Shown piece by piece: positions 29,539 to 38,960 of a DNA stretch of 64,000 nt. Below the pieces are notes generated by a model. It saw nothing but the letters and a program-made list of their open reading frames with translations. It was not told the origin of the DNA and ran no database searches. Source of the stretch: an uncultured cyanobacterium (lineage in GTDB: Bacteria > Cyanobacteriota > Cyanobacteriia > Pseudanabaenales > Pseudanabaenaceae); contig OY969811.1 in the NCBI GenBank assembly GCA_963703315.1, forward strand, positions 608,001 to 672,000. Direction: 5' to 3'. The translations under genes and the position numbers were made by a program. Each line of letters starts with the position of its first letter. The first letter of the stretch is position 1.

Positions 29539-29656
29539 GGGAGGTTTCCTTTTGCTATAGTCACTATTACTAGCCTACCTTGCAATGCGATCAAGATCGC
29601 TAAAATTCACCTGAATGGGTAGGTATAGCAAAAATAGAGTCGCGTCGTGACTCTAT

Positions 29657-31144
29657 TTATAGCATCAACCGAATCTGTTGACGTAAAAGCTTGCCTGATG
29701 CAGTTTTTGGTAAAGATTGCCAAATATGTAGTGATTTGGGTAACTTATAGCGAGCTAGAGATTTCTGTTCGCAAAATTGCCTAATATCTTCTAGTGATAG
29801 TGGGGCTATCGTCACAATTACCGCCGCTACTATTTCCCCCCATTCGCGATCGCCGATCCCCACAACACAAGCTTCATTAATTTGGGGATGTTCTAATAGA
29901 ATCGATTCGATCTCCGTTGGATAAATATTTTCGCCGCCACTAATAATCAAATCCGATCGCCGACTCACTACATAGAGATAGCCATCGCGATCGCAATAGC
30001 CCAAATCCCCTGTATAAAGCCAATCATCCTTAACAGCATGATTCCCCAATTGGTTAAGATAACCACTCATTACGCTTGCACCCTGCACAAGGATTTGTCC
30101 AACTTCACCAATGGTAACTTCTTGTTCAGGATTATCTAAATCGACAATTCGCAAACGATTTCCAAATAGAGGTAAACCTGAAGATCCTTGCTTGAGAGCA
30201 ACCTCATGGGGAAAGAGAGTAGTAACTTGGGAAGCCGTTTCGGTCATGCCATAGGTGGGCATAATCGGTAAATTCAACTTAAGGCATTGGCTAATTAGCT
30301 CTGGACTTGCGGGTGCGCCGCCTAGGAGAATTGCGCGTAACTTCTGAAGATTTTGCCAATTAGAATGATTTAGTAATCGCGTGAGCATGGTCGGGACAAG
30401 GGAAATGAGCGTCACTTTCTCCGTAGCGATCGCTTCTAAAACCTCCTGCTCACCAAACTTCGGTAAAAGCGTAATCGTAGTGCCATTGATCACACTCCGC
30501 CATGCGATCGCTAATCCCCCCACATGAAACAACGGCATACATAGCAACCAGTTATCATCGGGTGCAATTCCTAAATGCAAAGCTGAAGCGATCGCGCTAT
30601 AGAAATGATTGCCATAGGTTAAAGGAACTGCCTTAGGCTTCCCAGTCGTTCCCGATGTATAAAAAATTCCCTGTATATGATCTAGATTAATTACGCCCTC
30701 ACCCCTAGCCCTTCTCCCAAAGGGAGAGGGGGCTGGGGGGTGAGGGCAATTCTCAACTATTAAACGCTCAATTTGACTTCCCAAATTATTAGCAGCAAGT
30801 TGAGTAAATTCATCGCAAAGTAAATATTTAGCCTGACTATCTTCTATTTGCCAACACAATTCTTCAGTAGTGAGGCGAATATTCAAAAAAGTAGCTACAG
30901 CTTCACATCTCACTAAGGCATGAACAATCATAATGTATTGCGGCTGATTGGTTAATAACAAACCAACGAGATCGCCTGATTTAACTCCCAAAGCTTGCAA
31001 GCAATTAACCCAATCATTAACAGCTTCTTCCAATTGTGAATATGTCCAATATTCTGACTGGTCACTAGTTGTTGATTTAAAGATGAAGGCGATCGTCTCC
31101 TTCTTCTGCACTGCTCGTTGTAATAGCCAATTGGGAAATAGCAT
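29657..31144 (-). CDS. menE: o-succinylbenzoate--CoA ligase
   Basis: N-terminal PNWLLQRA; motifs YTSGTTGKPK, YGMTETASQ, TGDLG, SGGENIYP and PKTASGKL. Confidence 0.9.
   Translation of the reverse strand: MLFPNWLLQRAVQKKETIAFIFKSTTSDQSEYWTYSQLEEAVNDWVNCLQALGVKSGDLVGLLLTNQPQYIMIVHALVRCEAVATFLNIRLTTEELCWQIEDSQAKYLLCDEFTQLAANNLGSQIERLIVENCPHPPAPSPFGRRARGEGVINLDHIQGIFYTSGTTGKPKAVPLTYGNHFYSAIASALHLGIAPDDNWLLCMPLFHVGGLAIAWRSVINGTTITLLPKFGEQEVLEAIATEKVTLISLVPTMLTRLLNHSNWQNLQKLRAILLGGAPASPELISQCLKLNLPIMPTYGMTETASQVTTLFPHEVALKQGSSGLPLFGNRLRIVDLDNPEQEVTIGEVGQILVQGASVMSGYLNQLGNHAVKDDWLYTGDLGYCDRDGYLYVVSRRSDLIISGGENIYPTEIESILLEHPQINEACVVGIGDREWGEIVAAVIVTIAPLSLEDIRQFCEQKSLARYKLPKSLHIWQSLPKTASGKLLRQQIRLML
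30695..30747. repeat. CCCTCACCCC-type palindromic repeat lying in frame inside menE
   Basis: GCCCTCACCCCTAGCCCTTCTCCC-AAA-GGGAGAGGGGGCTGGGGGGTGAGGGC encodes CPHPPAPSPFGRRARGEG; an intergenic sister copy lies at 41103. Confidence 0.85.
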
Positions 31145-31174
31145 ATCTATGTGTTTTTTAAGTGGAGCCTTAAA

Positions 31175-32407
31175 TCATGGTTTAGTACAAGCAATAAAAA
31201 AGCAATAGGTATACTCTGGAGAAACTTGATGACCTAGATCATGTATTAATTGAACAATCTCAGGATTATTATCCGTAAGTTGACGAATTGCCCCGTCAAC
31301 ACCTGGCACACCCCAATAAGGAACCAATAGATGCCCTCTTACCTCTTGGATAACATATCCTGTTGCTGACAGAAAATCCTTGAGTTCCTCCAATCTAAAC
31401 TCTTGAATATGCTGACAGTTGGTTTTGAATTCTGAATACCCCAATGCCCTAGTAATTCTTAAATGAAGACTATCCCTATTAGCGGAATTCAGTAGTAAAC
31501 AACCACCAGATTTTAGGACTCTGAAAGCTTCTCTAAGAACTTTTTGATAATCGGAGAAATGATCCATTGCTTCAATTATGATTATAATATCAAAGGTGTT
31601 ATCAGGAAAGTCGAGATTAATCGCATTCATCTGCAAAAACTGATGATTAGGCAAGTGACTATATAATTTATTCGCTTGTGCGATCGCGACATCAGAAATA
31701 TCAATCCCTACCATTTGTTCGCAATTTTCAATAATTGAAGCTGCTCTTCCTGCACCACACGCAATATCCAAAATCTTTTTATTAGCTGTATTAGGAATCA
31801 TTTCTAAAGTATATTGATCTATTTCCGATGAACGGATTTGATCGTATGGAGTTGGGAACTCATAGCCTCCTTCTTCATAAAGAAGATTCATCTCTTGTCT
31901 AATTTGTTCGTCAGATAAATATTTAAAGTTGACGATCTTCTCTAGTACTCCTGTTAGTCCTGTCTTACGTTGCGAAGAAAATATCTTAGAAAAGAGCTTG
32001 CCTTCAAGCAACTGATTGGTTAATCTGGTGAATCGACTAGAGAACTTTTTTCTTTTGTTTAAATTTTTATAAAGAGAAACTAAATGTGGATTGTTGGCTG
32101 GCAATTTCGAGGTTTTATCAAAACGTGTAAATACAACAAAGACTTCGTTAGCAAATACAGGATTAAATCTATCAGCGATCGCATTTAAAAAGCTATCACT
32201 AATTTCATCTAGTAGTCCTTTATGGATCGCTGCCCAATTACAATTATCAGGAAGATCTTTATAGGAGTTAGTATATTTGTAAGTATATATATGACTAAAT
32301 TTTTCCCAAAAAATATTGGGAGCAAAGATAAACTCTTCTGATTGACAATGGTTATTCAAAAAATTAACAGTATCCGTCCAGTAGCAATCATGTTCAGGAA
32401 AGGACAT
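31175..32407 (-). CDS. Class I SAM-dependent methyltransferase with an extra N-terminal domain
   Basis: Motifs ILDIACGAG, GIDIS, FPDNTFD and FRVLKSGG. Confidence 0.85.
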   Translation of the reverse strand: MSFPEHDCYWTDTVNFLNNHCQSEEFIFAPNIFWEKFSHIYTYKYTNSYKDLPDNCNWAAIHKGLLDEISDSFLNAIADRFNPVFANEVFVVFTRFDKTSKLPANNPHLVSLYKNLNKRKKFSSRFTRLTNQLLEGKLFSKIFSSQRKTGLTGVLEKIVNFKYLSDEQIRQEMNLLYEEGGYEFPTPYDQIRSSEIDQYTLEMIPNTANKKILDIACGAGRAASIIENCEQMVGIDISDVAIAQANKLYSHLPNHQFLQMNAINLDFPDNTFDIIIIIEAMDHFSDYQKVLREAFRVLKSGGCLLLNSANRDSLHLRITRALGYSEFKTNCQHIQEFRLEELKDFLSATGYVIQEVRGHLLVPYWGVPGVDGAIRQLTDNNPEIVQLIHDLGHQVSPEYTYCFFIACTKP

Positions 32408-32454
32408 ATATTTAAATTGTAAAGCTTAGCTTTGATAGTTGTTTTCAGATAATT

Positions 32455-33807
32455 TTAAAGCAATTGAGAGTAAACACTCCAAATATCTTTGCTAAAACGC
32501 TCTAAGTTAAATTGTCTAGCTTGATTGATTCCAGAGTCGATTAGTTGATTTCTTAAAGTTTGATCATTCATCATTTTTTCCATTTTATCCTGTAATGAGT
32601 TAACGTCATAGGGATCAAAGTAAAGAGCAGATTCACCGCAAACCTCAGGCAAGGAAGAACTATTAGTGCTAATTACGGGACATCCCCAACTCATTGCTTC
32701 TAAAGGGGGAAGTCCAAATCCTTCATAGAGAGAAGGGAAAACTAGGCTAAAAGCTCCTTGATAAAGATATGGCAACTCTTTGTCTTTTACAAAGTCTAAT
32801 ATCTTCACCCGCTTTTTCCATGCAGTTCCAAACATACTTTCTAATAAAGCGATATCTTTTGCTGACTGCCATCCAAACTTGCCAACAATCACTAAATTAA
32901 AAGATGTATCCAAGGTAAAAAATGCTCGGAGTAACAGGCTAAGATTTTTACGTGGTTCAATTGTACCAACAAATAGAAAGTACTCTTTTGGTTTGATTCT
33001 ATATCGGCGTAAAACCTTTTTTAAAGCTTCTTGATCTAATATTTTAGGCATTTTGTTTTCACCTTCATGCTGACTGCAAGTCAAAGGAGTGGCAGCCGTA
33101 GGCAAATAGGCAACGCGTATCCTTTCAGGTTCAATGTCAAAAAATTCAAGTATATCTTGGCGAGATCTTTCCGAGGGCGTAGTTACTAGAGGTTTATCTT
33201 TAAGAATTGTTTTGAGATTGCGATAATATTCCTTCTTCCGATCCGCAGTTAGATAAGGTAACTTGAGAGGAATTAGATCATGAAGAGTAATCACCTCTCC
33301 TTGAGAATGAGTTAAAGGAACTTTCACGGGTAAGAGTGGATAAGTGCGATGCCAAATATCAATCGGGATATCACAACGAATCGTTGTTTGTTGGCGGGTT
33401 ATTTCATAGAGTAGTCGAGAGATATCATAAACTCCTTCTAGATTTAGCACTTGATTTGACTTTAGCAAATCCTGAAATGGCGAATCATTGAGAATTACCC
33501 TACCTGAGAATGGCATAATCTGTGGCGATCGCCATAAAGTATTAGCACCAAACTTGGCGAGTTTATAAGTACTTTTAAGCCAGTCAGTTAGAGAAGATCC
33601 ACTATTCAATCTATCTTGCCCCAAATAGATAGATTCAGCGTATAAAATCTCGGCTATCTTGGCATCACCGTTATCTCTAAGACTTGTGAGTAGTAAAGGT
33701 TTTAGCTTTAGTAATTGTAATGCCTTGATCAGGGTAAGGGTATAGGTCTTAATGCCAGTTCCATTTGGCATTTGTACGTTATAGCCATCTATCAAAACAT
33801 TGATCAT
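32455..33807 (-). CDS. Glycosyltransferase family 4 (WbdA/MtfB-like)
   Basis: Motifs [23 protein letters not shown] and [15 protein letters not shown]. Confidence 0.92.
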   Translation of the reverse strand: MINVLIDGYNVQMPNGTGIKTYTLTLIKALQLLKLKPLLLTSLRDNGDAKIAEILYAESIYLGQDRLNSGSSLTDWLKSTYKLAKFGANTLWRSPQIMPFSGRVILNDSPFQDLLKSNQVLNLEGVYDISRLLYEITRQQTTIRCDIPIDIWHRTYPLLPVKVPLTHSQGEVITLHDLIPLKLPYLTADRKKEYYRNLKTILKDKPLVTTPSERSRQDILEFFDIEPERIRVAYLPTAATPLTCSQHEGENKMPKILDQEALKKVLRRYRIKPKEYFLFVGTIEPRKNLSLLLRAFFTLDTSFNLVIVGKFGWQSAKDIALLESMFGTAWKKRVKILDFVKDKELPYLYQGAFSLVFPSLYEGFGLPPLEAMSWGCPVISTNSSSLPEVCGESALYFDPYDVNSLQDKMEKMMNDQTLRNQLIDSGINQARQFNLERFSKDIWSVYSQLL

Positions 33808-33882
33808 TCTTAACTTGATTACTCTAATTGTTGTTAATTATACCAGTTCTTCTTGATCTTACTGTATTTCTCAACAGATTTA

Positions 33883-33978
33883 ATACCACATCTGATTTAG
33901 ATAGTTTAGATTAGCGAAGCGAATCACTACTAATCTAAACTATCTTTTTTACGATCTGTTTAAATCGGAATTGGTATA
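33883..33978. mobile_element. Degenerate MITE-like element (family E)
   Basis: Imperfect TIRs ATACCACATCTGATTTA / TAAATCGGAATTGGTAT; inner hairpin AGATAGTTTAGATTAG...CTAATCTAAACTATCT. Confidence 0.5.
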
Positions 33979-34075
33979 ACATTTATATTTTATCCAGATT
34001 CAGCGATCGCCCAATCTTAAAATCTACGCAAAACAATTCATCAGAATGGTAATTTATCCTGAGGTTCAATGACAT

Positions 34076-34169
34076 TAAGTAGCTAAGACCCAAAACCAGA
34101 GCTTGTGCTGCCCACGTAGCGGACGGCACAAGCTTGTATGTTTTAAGGTTACTTATGCTTAGCTACTTA
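34076..34169. mobile_element. MITE-like family B
   Basis: TIRs TAAGTAGCTAAG / CTTAGCTACTTA; core GCTTGTGCTGCCCAC-GTA-GCGGACGGCACAAGC. Confidence 0.8.
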
Positions 34170-34250
34170 TGTGATGTGATAGATTTAGTGCAAGTGTTGC
34201 AAATCGAAATTCAATATCCAACTAGATGATCTAACTCAGGAGTATTAGCA

Positions 34251-34619
34251 ATGAATCCATTTGGTGGCATCGTCCAAAAAGCATTTTATCTAGGTCTAGG
34301 CTTGGCAACTGTTGCAGGGGAAAAAGCAGGAGAAACCCTCGGCGAACTTCGTACTCAAGCTAGTAAATTAGCTGACGAATTAGTCGAACGTGGCGAAATG
34401 ACTACTGAAGAAGCCCGAAAATTTGTGGATGACCTTGTGCGTAATTCTCAGAAACCCATTGGCGAAAGCTCACCAAATCCTAGTGGTAAAGATACCCCTC
34501 GCACAATCTCAATCGATGATGAGGAAGATGATAGTTCTAATCAGACTGTAGGTGATGTAGATTCTCTAAAAAGAAAAGTTCAAGCGTTACAGGATGAACT
34601 AAAAAAGTTGCAGAAATAG
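34251..34619 (+). CDS. Phasin-family / polyhydroxyalkanoate-granule-associated-like protein
   Basis: KAFYLGLGLA...KLADELVERGEMTTEEARKFVDDL and a C-terminal coiled coil; AGGAG RBS. Confidence 0.75.
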   Translation: MNPFGGIVQKAFYLGLGLATVAGEKAGETLGELRTQASKLADELVERGEMTTEEARKFVDDLVRNSQKPIGESSPNPSGKDTPRTISIDDEEDDSSNQTVGDVDSLKRKVQALQDELKKLQK

Positions 34620-34827
34620 AAAGATTCTGGATTGGGTTCTCGAAATAACTAGATAGTGACGATAAATCTCAATAGATGAATTGTGAAGGTGAAAGAAAGG
34701 AATAAATCTCATGCTATACGTGATGTGCAACTAAGAATTAGGAATCAACCAAAGCATCAAATGCTTTTGAATATGACAACAGATTTCATAGTCAAACCAT
34801 AGTCAAAAACAAGCTAAAAGTGTCCAA

Positions 34828-34871
34828 AAGTAACTTACACCGTGTAAGTGGCTACACGGTGTAAGTTACTT
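34828..34871. terminator. Palindrome with 19-bp arms downstream of the CAU tRNA
   Basis: AAGTAACTTACACCGTGTA-AGTGGC-TACACGGTGTAAGTTACTT. Confidence 0.5.
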
Positions 34872-34891
34872 GTAGTGGCTTGTTTTAGTTA

Positions 34892-34963
34892 TCCAAGGTG
34901 TCGGAATCGAACCGACATATCAACGATTATGAGTCGTTTGCTTTACCAGTCAGCCAACCTTGG
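34892..34963 (-). tRNA. tRNA with CAU anticodon, probably tRNA-Ile2 (lysidine type)
   Basis: Reverse complement reads CCAAGGTTGGCTGACTGGTAAAGCAAACGACTCATAATCGTTGATATGTCGGTTCGATTCCGACACCTTGGA. It lacks initiator features, and the D-arm resembles cyanobacterial/plastid trnI-CAU. Confidence 0.88.
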
Positions 34964-35051
34964 GCATATTGTGATTATAGCCGTAAGTATTATATGCTAT
35001 CAGGCAAGCTACCTTGTAGGTTGCCAAAAAGAAATTTAGCTAAATAAGTTC

Positions 35052-35807
35052 GTGATGGCAGCAACCCGATCAGAAAAGCGTCTCCGCAAGAAAAAAAAGC
35101 CACCTCAGCGATTTCGGCTAAGTTACAGTGTGTTACTACTATTGACGATGGTAGTTGTAGGTTTAGTTTCTGGAGTGGTAGCCTATCGCTTTGGCAAACA
35201 ATCATTGGAGGGGGTTAACCCGTCACCTGCGGGGATCAAGTTGCCTAAGGCTAGTCCTGCGGCTAAGCCCAAGGATTCACCAAAACCAGCTAATCAAAAG
35301 CAAAACGATGGGAAAACTTCATTTTGGCTAGATGAAGCTGAGGTAATTGCAGAAATGAAAGCCCGATCGCAGCAAGAGTTAGGGGGACTGAAGCGCCCAG
35401 TGGCGATCGCCAAAGCAAATATTAGCGATCGCAAAAAAATTTACACCAGAGTTGATCGTGCCTATAACTCTATGCGCGATCCTCTAGCAATTTCCGCAGA
35501 TGCTGACGAAAGAATTGCGGCTAGAATTGCCGCCTTGCGTCAGAGAGTGTATATCAGTAGTCGAGCTTATGATCAGAACTCTGATAAGGCTGTAGCAAAT
35601 CAGGCTAGCGATCGCTTACCTTTATTGTCTACCCCTGTAGATTTACCTCCTATTCGCAGTCGGTGGGAAGATCGGGATGCAAGTTTAGTTAATTCTCGCA
35701 AAGTGAATAACACCGATAGTACCGATATAAAAGTATCCCCGAAAGCAACAAGTGACTTTTTTATTACCGATCAGCAACCTAGTGCCGTTGAAGTAAATCG
35801 ACGTTGA
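35052..35807 (+). CDS. Hypothetical single-pass membrane protein
   Basis: Basic N-terminus, one TM segment (VLLLLTMVVVGLVSGVVAY), then a long soluble region. Confidence 0.7.
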   Translation: MMAATRSEKRLRKKKKPPQRFRLSYSVLLLLTMVVVGLVSGVVAYRFGKQSLEGVNPSPAGIKLPKASPAAKPKDSPKPANQKQNDGKTSFWLDEAEVIAEMKARSQQELGGLKRPVAIAKANISDRKKIYTRVDRAYNSMRDPLAISADADERIAARIAALRQRVYISSRAYDQNSDKAVANQASDRLPLLSTPVDLPPIRSRWEDRDASLVNSRKVNNTDSTDIKVSPKATSDFFITDQQPSAVEVNRR

Positions 35808-35898
35808 TATAGCCATAGCCAAGCAAGTTAAGACATAAAACCAAAAGAGAGTTGCGGCGCAAAGCGCCGCAACTCTCTTTTGGTTTTTGGTTATGTTA
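35808..35898. mobile_element. MITE-like family D
   Basis: TATAGCC start; 24-bp arms AAAACCAAAAGAGAGTTGCGGCGC around an AAA loop. Confidence 0.65.
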
Positions 35899-37050
35899 GG
35901 CAATCCTCGATTGACGATTAGATTGAAATGAAAATCTTTGAGGTGATAGGTTTCCAGTATTAATTGACTGTCTGATTAGCTCTGCCCTTTCACGAGATTT
36001 AGTCATTGCATTCACACCACCATAGGTTTCGCGCAGGGTTAAATAATTTTGAATAATTAAGTTTTCGTTATCAATAGAGCTTTGGGCAATTTGAGCAGGA
36101 GTCAGACGCGATCGCGCGATCGCATCGGCAACACAGCCAATTACATGACTAGGACGATTGACGTGATGGTCGAGGAGTAGCGCTACGGCAAATTCGGAAC
36201 TAATCAGTTGTGAGAGGGAAAATCCTTGCAGAGTTTGGGAAGCAGTAAAATAAAAGCGATCTAGTCGGGAAATCGCATGGAGAACTTGGATCGACTGTAC
36301 TAGCGCATCCATACCTGCGATCGCAAACCTTAAAGCCCAAATTGGCTGACGCATCAAGTTTTTATCAGCTTCAGTAACAAGGCGTGTGCCATTGAGAGAG
36401 AGCCAACCTGTAACGCCATCTAAGGATGTCGCATCTACACCAAACTGTCCAAAATAATATTGAAACTCCGAGGGATTTCGCCTTTTTAAATTGGTGAGCA
36501 AAGCTGGTAATTCTCCCTGTTGCCCTGCTGATCCTAGTGTCCATTGAAATATGCCAAAACTTAAATATTGATTGTCCCAAGTATTAATCGCATCAAGACT
36601 GCCTTCATTGGCAGCAGTCACCAGCATGACATTTATTTCTGAGCGACTCATCTGTAAACTTTGCAATAACCCTGAGCCATAGGTAATAAAGTCACGGAGT
36701 TTAAAAATTCCTAATCGATACAAACCGAGATTGCGAGCTTTAGCAAAGGGTTCTTGCTGACCTGTATTTAATAACTTGGCAATTACATCATTGCCAACAG
36801 TAGTAAAGGAAATCGCAACTTTATTGGGAGGATAAATTGCTTGTAAGGTATTCCGTACCATCGCCACTTCAGGATGTTGGGTAGGGGGAGTTGCGGCGAT
36901 CGGAATTAGCAAGCGTTGACCTACCTGCAAACTGGCAGGATTAGTAATGTTATTAATCCGCGCAATCTCGCTCCAACTCGCATTTGCGCCAAAAAAACGC
37001 CTAGCGATCGCCGAGAGAGTATCTCCAGCCTTGACGATATATTCCTGCAT
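35896..37050 (-). CDS. LysM-domain protein with an uncharacterised C-terminal domain (putative glycoside hydrolase)
   Basis: LysM YIVKAGDTLSAIA...LQVGQRLLIP; C-terminal domain with NEGSLDAINTWD...SFGIFQWT. Confidence 0.8.
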   Translation of the reverse strand: MQEYIVKAGDTLSAIARRFFGANASWSEIARINNITNPASLQVGQRLLIPIAATPPTQHPEVAMVRNTLQAIYPPNKVAISFTTVGNDVIAKLLNTGQQEPFAKARNLGLYRLGIFKLRDFITYGSGLLQSLQMSRSEINVMLVTAANEGSLDAINTWDNQYLSFGIFQWTLGSAGQQGELPALLTNLKRRNPSEFQYYFGQFGVDATSLDGVTGWLSLNGTRLVTEADKNLMRQPIWALRFAIAGMDALVQSIQVLHAISRLDRFYFTASQTLQGFSLSQLISSEFAVALLLDHHVNRPSHVIGCVADAIARSRLTPAQIAQSSIDNENLIIQNYLTLRETYGGVNAMTKSRERAELIRQSINTGNLSPQRFSFQSNRQSRIA

Positions 37051-37106
37051 AGCTCTGTCTCACTAAGTTATTCATAATTGAGAGAGCGTAAAGCATTCTC
37101 AATCAT

Positions 37107-37784
37107 CTACAAGTTGAACGTCTCAAACTCTACTGGTTTGAATAGCATATTGCGATCAATCGCTGACAAAATTTTATTATTTGCTTTATCAGAATTTAAG
37201 CAATTAATCACAAGTTGCGCCACATCCGCACGATGAATAATACCTGAAATAGTGGGATCTTCTGTCAGTAAGGCGTTCCCTGTTGCTAGCTCCGACTTTA
37301 ATCCTCCTGGGCGAATAATCGTATAGGTTAAGCCACTAGCGACAAGATGCTGTTCGGCTTTTTCCTTTTCCTTGAGAATTGCGCCTAAAGTCTCTAAAAC
37401 TTGCGGTGCGAGTGCCACAACACTTTTACCACTGCCAATCGATGACACCAGAATAAATTTCTGGACTCCTGCTTGCACCGCCAGATCAATTAAGTTCTTG
37501 TTACCTACACAGTCAGCGCGATCGCCTTGATCATTTGGCAAACCACCCATTGTCGTGATTACTGCATTGATTGCACCCACCTGTGCGATCGCCGCCTCAA
37601 GCTCCGCAAAATTTAGTGCATCACCAATCACCACCTTTGCCCCCAGAGCCTCTAGCTCAACAGTATAGGTAGGATTGCGGAGTAATACGGTGAGATTTAC
37701 AGATGCAGGTTCATCTTTTAGTAAAAGCTTGGCAATTGCCCGCCCTACACCACGACTAGAACCAGCTAGAAATATATTTTGCAT
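37107..37784 (-). CDS. NAD(P)H-binding atypical SDR (NmrA/Tic62-like)
   Basis: Motifs FLAGSSRGVG, GNKNLID, LVSSIG, TIIRPGGL and IHRADVA. Confidence 0.88.
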   Translation of the reverse strand: MQNIFLAGSSRGVGRAIAKLLLKDEPASVNLTVLLRNPTYTVELEALGAKVVIGDALNFAELEAAIAQVGAINAVITTMGGLPNDQGDRADCVGNKNLIDLAVQAGVQKFILVSSIGSGKSVVALAPQVLETLGAILKEKEKAEQHLVASGLTYTIIRPGGLKSELATGNALLTEDPTISGIIHRADVAQLVINCLNSDKANNKILSAIDRNMLFKPVEFETFNL

Positions 37785-37809
37785 ATATTTACACAAACTT
37801 TTTGGCTTA

Positions 37810-37848
37810 CAAAGAGAATGGTGGCGCGAAGCGCCACCATTCTCTTTG
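37810..37848. repeat. REP-like palindrome with 18-bp arms and a GAA loop
   Basis: CAAAGAGAATGGTGGCGC-GAA-GCGCCACCATTCTCTTTG. Confidence 0.8.
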
Positions 37849-37852
37849 GGAT

Positions 37853-38701
37853 TTAAACTTTTGAGCGATCGGTAAAAATTTCATAGCCAGTCTCAGTTAC
37901 TAGAACTGTATGCTCAAACTGGGCTGAAAGTTGATTATCCACAGTTACGGCAGTCCACTTATCCGCCAAGACTCTGACCCGCTTTGTACCAGCATTTAAG
38001 ATTGGCTCGATCGCCAAAGTCATCCCTGGACGAAAACGAACATTGGGCAATTGGTGAGTACGGAAATTAAATACTGAAGGTTCCTCATGGAGATTGCGCC
38101 CCACCCCATGACCTGTAAAATCTTCGACAACCACAAAACCATTTGCTTTCACATGATCTTCGATCGCCCCAGCCAAATCGAGCATACAATTACCTGGTTT
38201 CACCTGCTCAATTCCCTTAAACAGAGCCTCTTCTGCAACCCGCATCAACTTAGCCGCTTTCTCGCTAATTGGACCAATACCTACCGTGATGCAAGAGTCG
38301 CCATGAAAACCATTTTTAAAAGCACCTGTATCAATTTTCACGATATCGCCTAACTTAATCACCTTCCTAGCATTAGGAATACCGTGAACAACCTCGTTAT
38401 TAATACTGGTACAGAGACTGGCGGGAAAGCCACAATATCCTTTAAAACTAGGAACAGCACCCATTTCCCGAATTCGTTTCTCGGCATAGGCATCAAGATC
38501 CATCGTCGTCATTCCAGGAGCAACGATCTGCGAAAGCTCCTTAAGTACAGTTGCCACAATCCGAGATGACTCACGCATATAGTCCAACTCACGCTGGGAC
38601 TTAATTTCAATGCCTTTAGTCTGCTTAGGTGGGGATTGCTTAGAAGCTTTTTGGCTTGCTGCGCTTGGTTGCTTAGATCGCAGAGCACTGAGAATATTCA
38701 T
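37853..38701 (-). CDS. map: Methionine aminopeptidase type I
   Basis: Motifs [28 protein letters not shown] and SAQFEHT. Confidence 0.97.
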   Translation of the reverse strand: MNILSALRSKQPSAASQKASKQSPPKQTKGIEIKSQRELDYMRESSRIVATVLKELSQIVAPGMTTMDLDAYAEKRIREMGAVPSFKGYCGFPASLCTSINNEVVHGIPNARKVIKLGDIVKIDTGAFKNGFHGDSCITVGIGPISEKAAKLMRVAEEALFKGIEQVKPGNCMLDLAGAIEDHVKANGFVVVEDFTGHGVGRNLHEEPSVFNFRTHQLPNVRFRPGMTLAIEPILNAGTKRVRVLADKWTAVTVDNQLSAQFEHTVLVTETGYEIFTDRSKV

Positions 38702-38806
38702 TAATTATTTGAGGATAGTATTTACAAGGGCTAATATATTTTTAGCCTATGAGGTAACAGGATTGGTTACTTTTAGGTGAAATTACAGATTTTGATAAAA
38801 ATCTAT

Positions 38807-38927
38807 TAAGTAGGAAAGCTTAATTATTTGTAGGATGCGTTAGTGCAAAGTAACGCATCTATTGGGTAAAGATGATGGGTTACGCTATCGCTAACCCATC
38901 CTACATTTAATTCCCACAACCTACTTA
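38807..38927. mobile_element. TA-flanked TIR element enclosing an inverted GTAG-REP doublet (REPIN-like)
   Basis: Ends TAAGTAGG...CCTACTTA. Inside are GTAGGATGCGTTAGTGCAAAGTAACGCATC (38830-38859) and GATGGGTTACGCTATCGCTAACCCATCCTAC (38874-38904). Confidence 0.8.
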
Positions 38928-38960
38928 GTAATCCCAACTGATTAAGAACGAGGTTCAACT

